Assembly: GCA_012520615.1 (NCBI GenBank)
Contig: JAAYNX010000054.1
Span: 245 to 64,244 of the forward strand
Source: Clostridiaceae bacterium
GTDB taxonomy: Bacteria > Bacillota > Clostridia > DSM-8532
DNA: 64,000 nucleotides
Direction of reading: 5' to 3'
Position numbers and translations under genes: made by a program. This document shows positions 35,816 to 44,150 of this stretch, one piece after another; positions within the stretch are counted from its first letter, which is position 1, and each line of letters starts with the position of its first letter. The notes below the pieces were generated by a model, which worked only from the letters and a program-made list of their open reading frames with translations, searched no databases and was not told the DNA's origin.

Positions 35816-36076
35816 TTTACTGCCTCCTTAGATTGACAACTTGTTGAAAGGTATAAATCTATATAAACCGGGCTATATAAAATCAAGTTATTGGAGAAAT
35901 AATTGTAAAACCTCAGATAATATATCAATGCAAATCTGTTACATGTATCAGCAGAATTTACTCCATGTCTGATTTAATGCTGCCAAAACATGATTTGTAA
36001 CAGAATCTACAGGCTATTCAAACATCAAAATAGGCAAATTTAAATAAGCCGCTTTCAAAGTTAACTTTTAATAGCA

Positions 36077-36928
36077 TTAGGCCTTACCATCAGACCCTGC
36101 AAGGCAGATAATGCTTTTAATGTCCTCACGCAGTTTTCCTTCTGCATACTGGGATAACTTCCAAGCATGACCTTGAAAGTCCATACTGACACCTTCACGC
36201 AAATAATTCATGTAATTATAGCGAATTTGTGTACCAAAGTTGATTTTAGCTACACCGTATCCGATAGATTCACGAATCATTTCCTCACTCATACCTGTAC
36301 AACCATGGAGAACAAACGGAATATCAGTAAAAGTTCTAACCTGTTTAAGAATATCTACGCGTATATCAGGCTCACCCTTATAAAAACCGTGAGCGTTTCC
36401 GATGCCGACAGCCAAGGAATCCGGGCTGCACAATTTGAGATACTCTCTAACCTGCTCAGGGTCAGCTTGATTATTCTGATTCACATTAATGCCATTAGCA
36501 TCCAAGCGCCCGATTTCACCAACTTCAGCTTCAACAGGTATATTTTTCTCGTGACAGTATTTAATAACCTCCGACGTATTACGTGCATTTTCTTCTATAC
36601 TTAAACTGGAACCATCATACATAATAGAAGTAAAGCCGATATCTGCGCACTCCTTGCAGTGTTCCACAGTATCACCATGATCTAAGTGAATAGCGACAGG
36701 CACGTCAACCTTGCCAGCCATCCATTTTGCCGTCTCATAAAACCAATCATGCCCTGAGTATGCACCGGTAGAAAGATAATGAGCTAAAATTACCGGAGAT
36801 TGTGTTTCCTGAGCGGCCATACAAATGGCCCTAATAATATCATAGGTACCACCTTGGGTATTTATTGCAGCAACTGCATAATGTTGTTCATAAGCTTTTT
36901 GCAGCATCTCTTTTGATGTAACTAACAT
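36077..36928 (-). CDS. Class II ketose-bisphosphate aldolase family protein (GatY/KbaY-like size)
   Basis: 283 aa with HLDHG, GNAHG and LHGCTG motifs of the PF01116-type class II aldolases. Confidence 0.8.
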   Translation of the reverse strand: MLVTSKEMLQKAYEQHYAVAAINTQGGTYDIIRAICMAAQETQSPVILAHYLSTGAYSGHDWFYETAKWMAGKVDVPVAIHLDHGDTVEHCKECADIGFTSIMYDGSSLSIEENARNTSEVIKYCHEKNIPVEAEVGEIGRLDANGINVNQNNQADPEQVREYLKLCSPDSLAVGIGNAHGFYKGEPDIRVDILKQVRTFTDIPFVLHGCTGMSEEMIRESIGYGVAKINFGTQIRYNYMNYLREGVSMDFQGHAWKLSQYAEGKLREDIKSIICLAGSDGKA

Positions 36929-36952
36929 ACTATTCTCTCTCCATATTATAAT

Positions 36953-37966
36953 TTACATTTTTACTACTACTTTCATGTAGTTTTTGTTGTTAGCAATCAT
37001 ATCAAGTATCACTGCTTCTGCATCCTCAACATTCACTACTTTTGTAATGATTTTATCTACTGGAATCTTTCCTTCTGCTATCAATGAAGCAGCAATGGGA
37101 AATTGCTTGTTAGAATTTCTTGATGGAAGGATATCCAGCTCTTTTTGGATGCATCGTATTGTATTAATTGTTACCGGACCTTTTGGCCAACCCACCAAAG
37201 CAATTCGCCCGCCATTTCGAACATAATCATGCATGATCTCCAAAATTGCCGGAGAACCGGTACACTCGATCATGGCATGTGGCAAATTTCCTGTAACTTT
37301 GTGAAGATACTCCGGTACATCCCCGGACGTACTATTGAAAACATGTTCTATGCCGCATTCTTGTGCTAATTTCAAGCGGTCATCCACAATGTCAATCAGT
37401 ATTGGTGTAGCTCCTTTACTTTTAACTCCTAGAGCTGCTAACAATCCTATAGGGCCTGCACCGGTTATAACACAATATTCACCTTCACTTACACGAGCTC
37501 GAGTCATCGCGTGAAGACCAATAGTTAATGGTTCAATTAATGATGCCTCTAAAGGTGAAAGATTGTCTGGAAACTTATGAAGCAGGTGAATAGGGAAAAC
37601 TACATAATCAGACATCATACCGTCTGTGTGAACACCTGCAACACGAATATCTGTGCAGTTGTTGTAACGCTCTTCAGCACAGCTATGGCATTTTAAGCAA
37701 GGGATATACGGTTCTAGTGCTACATAATCGCCGACTTTTAAGTTACGATCGTTCTCACCTATTTCTGTGATAACACCTACACCCTCATGTCCAATACCTT
37801 CTATAGGATAACGCACAGTAGGATTTTTGCCTGTATACGCGGTTAAATCCGAGCCGCATATGCCGCAATATTCCATTTTAACTTTAGCATGATTTTCAAG
37901 GAGTTTTGGTTCTTCAACTTCGCTTAACTCCATTTGCGAAGGCTGTAATATCCTTAAACTTCTCAT
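36953..37966 (-). CDS. Zn-dependent alcohol/polyol(-phosphate) dehydrogenase (MDR family)
   Basis: GICGSD, GHEGVG, the structural-zinc Cys cluster CLKCHSCAEERYNNC, and the GAGPIG Rossmann motif. Confidence 0.85.
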   Translation of the reverse strand: MRSLRILQPSQMELSEVEEPKLLENHAKVKMEYCGICGSDLTAYTGKNPTVRYPIEGIGHEGVGVITEIGENDRNLKVGDYVALEPYIPCLKCHSCAEERYNNCTDIRVAGVHTDGMMSDYVVFPIHLLHKFPDNLSPLEASLIEPLTIGLHAMTRARVSEGEYCVITGAGPIGLLAALGVKSKGATPILIDIVDDRLKLAQECGIEHVFNSTSGDVPEYLHKVTGNLPHAMIECTGSPAILEIMHDYVRNGGRIALVGWPKGPVTINTIRCIQKELDILPSRNSNKQFPIAASLIAEGKIPVDKIITKVVNVEDAEAVILDMIANNKNYMKVVVKM

Positions 37967-38055
37967 ACTCTGCTCCTTCCATTAGCACACTTATAGCATC
38001 AATAACTTCAATAATTGCTTAGTAAGTATTGCATAACCACATAGTTTGGTCTCTT

Positions 38056-38814
38056 TTACCACCATTTAATCTTGTCTGTAATATAGTTTCTATACTCGAT
38101 GAACTTAGGGTCAGTAATATCTCTTGGATGAGGTAAATCTATATAAACCTCCTCCTTGATACCTGCTGGTTTATTACTTAAAATAATAACGCGTTCGGCC
38201 AGATATACAGCTTCTTCAATATTGTGCGTAATGAATACAACAGTACTGCCTAATTCTTTCCAGAGGCGAATTACCTCATCTTCCAAATAGAATCTTACCT
38301 TAACGTCCATTTGCCCATATGGTTCATCCATGAGCAGTAAATCCGGTTGCATTGCAAAGGAACGTCCAATGATAACACGCTGTACAATACTCACCGAAAG
38401 TTCACGTGGGTAGGATTTACGATATGGCTGAAGGCCCATTAATTCTATAATTTTTTCTACACGTCGGTTAATTTCCTTCTTTGGAAGCTTCTTTACTTTC
38501 AGCCCGAATGCAAGGTTTTCTTCAACCGTTAACCATGGAAAAGCTGACGGTTCCTGAAATACAAAGGATATACTATGTTTTTGAGGATTTGCAGGTTCTC
38601 CGTCAATATATAAATCACCTTCGGTTGGTTCATGAATCCGAGTCAATACGTTAAGAAACGTGGTTTTGCCGCAACCGGTAGGTCCGACAACACATAAAAA
38701 TTCGTTCTTTTTTATTGTAAAATTCAGATTGTCAAGAACCAGTAAGTCACCAAATTTCTTGGTCAAATTCTTGACTAATACTTTTTCTTCTCTATTGCCT
38801 ACATTTTCAGTCAA
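38056..38814 (-). CDS. ABC transporter ATP-binding protein (NitT/TauT family), degenerate signature motif
   Basis: Walker A GPTGCGKT, Q-loop VFQEP, Walker B LLLMDEP and H-loop FITHN are intact. The signature motif reads LSVSIVQR instead of LSGGxxQR. Confidence 0.85.
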   Translation of the reverse strand: MTENVGNREEKVLVKNLTKKFGDLLVLDNLNFTIKKNEFLCVVGPTGCGKTTFLNVLTRIHEPTEGDLYIDGEPANPQKHSISFVFQEPSAFPWLTVEENLAFGLKVKKLPKKEINRRVEKIIELMGLQPYRKSYPRELSVSIVQRVIIGRSFAMQPDLLLMDEPYGQMDVKVRFYLEDEVIRLWKELGSTVVFITHNIEEAVYLAERVIILSNKPAGIKEEVYIDLPHPRDITDPKFIEYRNYITDKIKWW

Positions 38815-38829
38815 ATAATTCCCCTCCTT

Positions 38830-39588
38830 TTATATAGCCAAATCCGTATTATCAGAAATTGTTGTACGAATCCGAAGGAATTCCTGTGCAACCATATTAC
38901 GCGGTCTGGGTAGGTCAATTGGGTAAACTGCCTTGACTTTCGCAGGACAATCACTAAGCAAAATAATACGGTCACCAAGATAGCAGGCTTCTTCTATATT
39001 GTTAGTAACAAAGATAACTGTACGCCTTTCTGCTTCCCAAATACGCAGTATCTCATTCTGCATTGCATAACGTGTTTGTGCATCCAGCTGGCCAAATGGC
39101 TCATCCATAATAAGAACCTTAGGATTTGCTGTATATGCACGAGCAATACCTACACGCTGTTTCATACCGCCTGATAACTCATGAGGATAAGACTTTTCAA
39201 AGCCATTAAGGCCCACAAGTTCAATATAGTGCTGAGCCGTCTTTCTACGCTCTTTCTTGCTTACACCGCGTAACTTTAGAGGAAGTTCCACATTTTCCAT
39301 GACTGTTTTGAATGGCATTAATGATAAGCTTTGAAATACCATGCCAAAGTCAGGATGAATACCTGTCTTCTCCTTGCCATTGTAAAGAATTCTTCCACCT
39401 GTTTTTTCTTCTATGCCGACAATCATATTAAGAAGAACTGTCTTACCACTACGCCCGGGGCCCAGTATTACCAAGAACTCACCATCATTAAGAGTAAAAC
39501 TAACATCCTCTACTGCCGTGAAATAGCCTTCGGAACTATAAAAGGTTTTACTAAGATTTTCAACTACTAATCCATTTAGTTGTTCCAC
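38830..39588 (-). CDS. ABC transporter ATP-binding protein (NitT/TauT family), degenerate H-loop
   Basis: Walker A GPGRSGKT, canonical signature LSGGMKQR, Walker B VLIMDEP. The H-loop reads FVTNN (Asn in place of His). Start moved to GTG 39588 (GGTGGTGA upstream), overlapping the permease stop by 13 nt; the track start is 39654. Confidence 0.8.
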   Translation of the reverse strand: MEQLNGLVVENLSKTFYSSEGYFTAVEDVSFTLNDGEFLVILGPGRSGKTVLLNMIVGIEEKTGGRILYNGKEKTGIHPDFGMVFQSLSLMPFKTVMENVELPLKLRGVSKKERRKTAQHYIELVGLNGFEKSYPHELSGGMKQRVGIARAYTANPKVLIMDEPFGQLDAQTRYAMQNEILRIWEAERRTVIFVTNNIEEACYLGDRIILLSDCPAKVKAVYPIDLPRPRNMVAQEFLRIRTTISDNTDLAI

Positions 39589-40361
39589 GGGCTCACCACC
39601 TTCTCTAATTTGTTCAATACGTAAGCCAAAATGGCTCCGATAATACCTATGCAAATGATTGACACAAATACAAGTGCCATATCACCAGCATTCCATCCGC
39701 GGGTAACCAGCGCTCCTACACCATGATCTGCACCTAGCATTTCAGCTGCTAGAACAACAGTCCATGCGCTACTGACAGAAGTACGTATTCCTGCAAAAAT
39801 TGCAGGGAGAGCCGTTGGAACCACAAACTCCATTAATAATTGTGTACGATTTGCTCCGAAGACACGGCCTACGTCGATATATTCTTTTTCAACCAACCGA
39901 ATACCATCCTCTGTATTTATAACTACAGGAATAAAGCTACCTATAAACACAATGAGAATTTTCGGAAACTCACCTATTCCAAACCACATAATTATAATCG
40001 GAATCCACGCAATTGGAGGAATAGGACGGAAAAGTTCAAAAATACTGCCAAAAAGCGCCTTAAAAACCCTGTTCCAACCAATTAAAACTCCGAATAAAAT
40101 ACCCAGAGACCATGCGAAAGCCAGTGCAATCATAACTCGGCGAAGACTTGCCAGAATATGTCCGATAAGGTTTACGTTTTTAATTGGATTTGTAAAAGTT
40201 TTGGTGAAGCGATTCCAAAGCCCAGCCGCATCAGGTAATAGCATAGGCAATTTCCTCTGCACAAAAGCGTATGCCATAACAATCAGTAACAATGATAGGA
40301 TGGGCAGAATGATATAAATAATTTTCTGTGTTGTTGTTCGTTTTGTCGCATTACTAAACAT
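39576..40361 (-). CDS. ABC transporter permease (NitT/TauT family)
   Basis: 261 aa, 6 predicted TM helices, binding-protein-dependent permease signature region (VLAAEMLGADHGVGALV). Confidence 0.85.
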   Translation of the reverse strand: MFSNATKRTTTQKIIYIILPILSLLLIVMAYAFVQRKLPMLLPDAAGLWNRFTKTFTNPIKNVNLIGHILASLRRVMIALAFAWSLGILFGVLIGWNRVFKALFGSIFELFRPIPPIAWIPIIIMWFGIGEFPKILIVFIGSFIPVVINTEDGIRLVEKEYIDVGRVFGANRTQLLMEFVVPTALPAIFAGIRTSVSSAWTVVLAAEMLGADHGVGALVTRGWNAGDMALVFVSIICIGIIGAILAYVLNKLEKVVSPWNN

Positions 40362-40373
40362 TCGTTTCCCTCC

Positions 40374-41213
40374 TTATGAATCCAGTTTCCACTTCAGGAT
40401 CCGCTTTTCAATCAGATTGAGAATCAGAGCCATCAGAGCACCTAAAACGCCTATTGTTGCCATACCGGCCACTACCACATCGGCTCTTCCCACATTACGG
40501 CCAACCTGCAGCATATAGCCAAGACCAGCCTTAGCCGCCAGCATTTCTGCTGCTACCAGCGTGGACCATGCTCCGCCTAATGCATTACGAACCCCGGTGA
40601 ATACCATTGGCATAGCAGAAGGAATTCCTACTTTTATAAATGTTTCAAAATTACCTGCGCCAAAAGTTTTTGCCACATTAATCAAAGTTCTTTTTGTTAG
40701 CTTAATTCCTGCATAAGAGTTAATCACGCATGGGACAAAAACTGATAGAAAAATTATTGTAGCTTTTGCCTTTAAATCAATTCCCACAAACACAACTACC
40801 ACAGGGATCCATGCAATGGGAGGTACAGGACGCAATAACTCGAAAACAGGACTAACAAATTTATCTATAGGTGTAAACCAGCCCATAAATAGGCCAAGGG
40901 GTATACCGATTACAACGGCGAGTAGAAATCCACTCATTGAAACCTGTAAACTCGCCAAAATATTAGCTCCTAGCGTATTACCGTCAGGATTCTTGCTCGA
41001 TACTTTTGTAATGAGTGTTGAAAGTACCGAATCAGGAGCAGGCAAATTTCTGACATTTAATAGTTTGAAATCTACAATCAGTTTCCAAACAATCAAAAAT
41101 ATTGCAATACCAATGAAGGATAAGAAAACATACTTTAATGTTTCTTTTCTCTTATTCTCCTTGAATTCTGCTAAGCCTTTCTTTAAATCTTTTTCATTCA
41201 ATGACATAGTCAT
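40374..41213 (-). CDS. ABC transporter permease (NitT/TauT family), second copy
   Basis: 279 aa, paralogous to the adjacent permease (LVAAEMLAAKAGLGYML). Confidence 0.85.
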   Translation of the reverse strand: MTMSLNEKDLKKGLAEFKENKRKETLKYVFLSFIGIAIFLIVWKLIVDFKLLNVRNLPAPDSVLSTLITKVSSKNPDGNTLGANILASLQVSMSGFLLAVVIGIPLGLFMGWFTPIDKFVSPVFELLRPVPPIAWIPVVVVFVGIDLKAKATIIFLSVFVPCVINSYAGIKLTKRTLINVAKTFGAGNFETFIKVGIPSAMPMVFTGVRNALGGAWSTLVAAEMLAAKAGLGYMLQVGRNVGRADVVVAGMATIGVLGALMALILNLIEKRILKWKLDS

Positions 41214-41321
41214 TTCTCCTTAATAGAAAATGGAGCGGTTGCTTCAAAGATACAAACCATTTGCTCTCTTAAACAACCGCTGCGGATAAAGTGTTAAAGA
41301 TTAATAAAATGATTATTTACA

Positions 41322-42452
41322 TTATTTAGATTCTTCATACAACTCATCAATCAATGAGGTGTCAAGATTACCCTCTTTTAGGAAGAGCTCATCATCTCCA
41401 GCCTTATAACTGCCGGTATCAATAAAGAATTTAAGAACGCCTAAAATTTGCTCTTGAATACGATTATAATCTCCACCATCGTGAGCTGCTTCATGTAGTG
41501 CATTATAGTTATCCTCAAGAGTATAGTATGGATCCACAGAAACATACAGACGAGCTACATCTTCAGTAACAGTGTTACCAGCATATTCGCACCAATCCAT
41601 CATGTACTTTACAGCTTCCTCAGGATTAGCGGTAATCCAGTCAGTTGCCTTGAAAAATACCTTCAAGAATACCTTCATAGCTTCACGAGTCTCAGGATCT
41701 TTGATTGCTTTAGGATTTGCTACGAAATTTGTCTGAAGACCTAAATCAGCCATCGGACCATTAGAAGCAACCACAAAGTCTTTCTTATCTTCCTTAAAGC
41801 TAACCTCACCGCTTACGCAGGTGGCATCGCCTTCACCGGCTAAGAATGATGCATTAGCTGTAGGCATATCCATCCAGTTAACAACTACATCATCAATTGT
41901 CAGACCAAAGCCGCTCAATGTCTTCAGTAATAAATAGTGTAAAACTGTACCGTAAGTGCTGTTTACAGTCATGCCCTTCCAAGATTGAGCATCCCCTACA
42001 ATTTCAGGATTAATACTGTTCTTGCCTTTACCAGCTTTTGCAACAGGAGTATCCTCGCGAACGAACAAGTACTGAGTTCCATCATCATGACCAACAGTAC
42101 CTACTAAAACGCCGTCGTAAGATATCAAACCGGATAATACACCGCCTACTCCAGTTACGCTGAATTCCCATGAGTCAATGGCTTCCATAGTTACAGGACC
42201 ATTGGTGAAACCTAGTCTCTCAATGTTTAGACCAGCCTCTTCGAACCAGCCTTTTTCCTGTGCAACATAAACTGGGAATAAAGTTATACTACCATCGATT
42301 CCTGCAACTTTAAGACTATACTCTTTGTTTGCAGATGGTGATTCAGTAGCACCAGTGGGGTTAGGTGTTGTTGTTGGTGTTTTTGGCGTTCCACATGATA
42401 CAAGTGAAAATGCCATTACAACCACCAAAATTAACGAAATAATTTTTTTCAT
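41322..42452 (-). CDS. ABC transporter substrate-binding lipoprotein (NMT1/THI5-like, sulfonate/nitrate/taurine type)
   Basis: MKKIISLILVVVMAFSLVSCG has a signal peptide and lipobox. The mature domain resembles NMT1-like binding proteins. Start at ATG 42452 (AAGGAGGAG upstream); the track start is 42503. Confidence 0.8.
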   Translation of the reverse strand: MKKIISLILVVVMAFSLVSCGTPKTPTTTPNPTGATESPSANKEYSLKVAGIDGSITLFPVYVAQEKGWFEEAGLNIERLGFTNGPVTMEAIDSWEFSVTGVGGVLSGLISYDGVLVGTVGHDDGTQYLFVREDTPVAKAGKGKNSINPEIVGDAQSWKGMTVNSTYGTVLHYLLLKTLSGFGLTIDDVVVNWMDMPTANASFLAGEGDATCVSGEVSFKEDKKDFVVASNGPMADLGLQTNFVANPKAIKDPETREAMKVFLKVFFKATDWITANPEEAVKYMMDWCEYAGNTVTEDVARLYVSVDPYYTLEDNYNALHEAAHDGGDYNRIQEQILGVLKFFIDTGSYKAGDDELFLKEGNLDTSLIDELYEESK

Positions 42453-42578
42453 TTTGCTCCTCCTTGTTTTCCCTTCTTTGCTTTGCTTTATAATGCTTTG
42501 CATAAAAATTTATGCTGGGCTCGAACATGAAATAATAACTATTATTTACTTCATACAACCCTGTTTCTTTGTACAAAT

Positions 42579-42606
42579 AGTATAGCATCTGCCGGTTATG
42601 TGTCAA
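42579..42606 (-). promoter_or_regulatory. Near-consensus sigma-A promoter of the ABC/dehydrogenase/aldolase operon
   Basis: Minus strand: -35 TTGACA (42606-42601), 16-nt spacer, -10 TATACT (42584-42579). Confidence 0.6.
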
Positions 42607-42617
42607 TAAAAAATAAC

Positions 42618-42629
42618 GCAAACGTTTGC
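42618..42629. promoter_or_regulatory. LacI-family-type operator candidate, perfect palindrome GCAAACGTTTGC
   Basis: Perfect 12-bp palindrome with a central CG, 11 nt upstream of the -35 box above. A LacI-family regulator is encoded at 47217..48323. Confidence 0.55.
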
Positions 42630-42789
42630 TCTATGGTTATTATGCCCATGCTATATTATTGTTTAATAATGCAATTTTCATGCAAAGAAATTGACTTTAT
42701 ATTTTCGTTAATGATAGTATGTATTTATTGCATGATAAACTGACAACGCTAATATTTAATGGCTTATATGTTTAAAGGAGGACAAACTT

Positions 42790-43932
42790 ATGAATGTAAT
42801 TATCAATGCAAAGGTGATTTTGGAAAACGAAATTCTAGAAAATTATGCAGTTGTTTTTGACACAAAAATTCGTAACATTTTGCCTGAATCCCAAGTTAAT
42901 TTAGAATCAAAAAATGTTATCGATGCTAAAGGTATGTATTTAAGCCCCGGCTTTATCGATATTCACAAACACGGCGCATATAACTATGACTTCATGGACG
43001 CAAACAATACCGAAGCCCTCAAACTGTTAGCACGTTTGCCGGAAACTGGAGTCACTTCACTTTACCCTACCACCATGTCTATGAGCTTCAATGATATAAG
43101 GAAGGCAATTGAGGCAGTTCGTGAGCTGATGCATACACAATATGAGGGTACACAGGTATTAGGGTGCCACATGGAAGGTCCCTTTTTATCTCCTGATTGG
43201 GGCGGGGCTCAGCCTAGAGAATTCTTAGTTCCGGCTGATTATTCGCTGGTTTCCGGGTTGGAGGATACCATAAAAATTGTTACTGTGGCGCCAGAAGAAC
43301 CCGGAAATATGGAGTTTATTTCACAGTGCGTAGATGCAGGCATACGCGTTTCAATAGGTCACACATTAGCACATTATGAGCAAGCCATGGCATCTTTTGC
43401 ATTGGGTGTAACTTCTATCACTCATACATTTTGCGCAATGCACCAGTTGCAACACCGCGAACCAGGTGTCGTTGCAGCTGCAAGTGAGTCTCCAAACGTG
43501 TTCTGTGAATTAATTGTTGATAATCTCCATATTCATCCTGCCACCCAACGTGCTTTATTGAAGCTCAAGGGCATTAATCAAATGATACTTGTCACAGATT
43601 CTATGCGCTTTGCTTCCATGGGCTATGGCGTTTCGACTCTAGCTGGGCAGCGCGTAACAATCACCGAGAAAGGCGCTCACTTAGATAACGGTTTCTTTGC
43701 AGGCAGTGTCCTATCTCTCGATGAGGCTGTCATTAATTATAAGCGCAACAACAATCTCTCTATGTGTGATGCTATCAAGCCAGTCACACGCAACCCTGCA
43801 ATTTTAATGGGTATATACGGACGCAAAGGTACCCTCTCCAGCGGCTCTGATGCCGACTTTGTTTTGATTGACGAAAACATTAACGTTCAGAAAACAATTA
43901 TTGCAGGGAAAACCGTATTTGATAAAAAATAA
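42790..43932 (+). CDS. NagA-like amidohydrolase (N-acetyl-amino-sugar-phosphate deacetylase family)
   Basis: 380 aa with the GFIDIHKHG (HxH) motif, GCHMEGPF and SIGHT motifs. It is a paralogue of the nagA at 54631. Confidence 0.75.
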   Translation: MNVIINAKVILENEILENYAVVFDTKIRNILPESQVNLESKNVIDAKGMYLSPGFIDIHKHGAYNYDFMDANNTEALKLLARLPETGVTSLYPTTMSMSFNDIRKAIEAVRELMHTQYEGTQVLGCHMEGPFLSPDWGGAQPREFLVPADYSLVSGLEDTIKIVTVAPEEPGNMEFISQCVDAGIRVSIGHTLAHYEQAMASFALGVTSITHTFCAMHQLQHREPGVVAAASESPNVFCELIVDNLHIHPATQRALLKLKGINQMILVTDSMRFASMGYGVSTLAGQRVTITEKGAHLDNGFFAGSVLSLDEAVINYKRNNNLSMCDAIKPVTRNPAILMGIYGRKGTLSSGSDADFVLIDENINVQKTIIAGKTVFDKK

Positions 43933-43979
43933 TGCTAGTTTTGTATTCAAAAACCACTATATTCTTCTATATTTATTAT

Positions 43980-44011
43980 GCAAATTCATGTAATCGTTTT
44001 CATGAATTTGC
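43980..44011. promoter_or_regulatory. 32-bp palindromic operator candidate abutting the kinase-operon promoter
   Basis: GCAAATTCATG-TAATCGTTTT-CATGAATTTGC has 11-bp perfect arms. The centre ATGTAATCGTTTTCA fits the cre/LacI-type pattern WTGNAANCGNWNNCW. It is followed immediately by TTGACT. Confidence 0.55.
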
Positions 44012-44150
44012 CTTGACTGGGTCATGAAGATGTTATATTGATATAGTATAGTGATTTATTATTTGAGTACATTAATCTTATATAATCATTAGATATTTAT
44101 TAATCTTAATAAAAAAGCATAACAAATAAACTGGGAGGAGGTAGTGTTTT

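Noticed and set aside
42325-42621. 86-aa ORFs on both strands in the divergent control region
   Set aside because: They overlap the binding-protein signal peptide, the 5' UTR, the promoter and the operator. The translations are AT-rich low-complexity sequences without RBSs.
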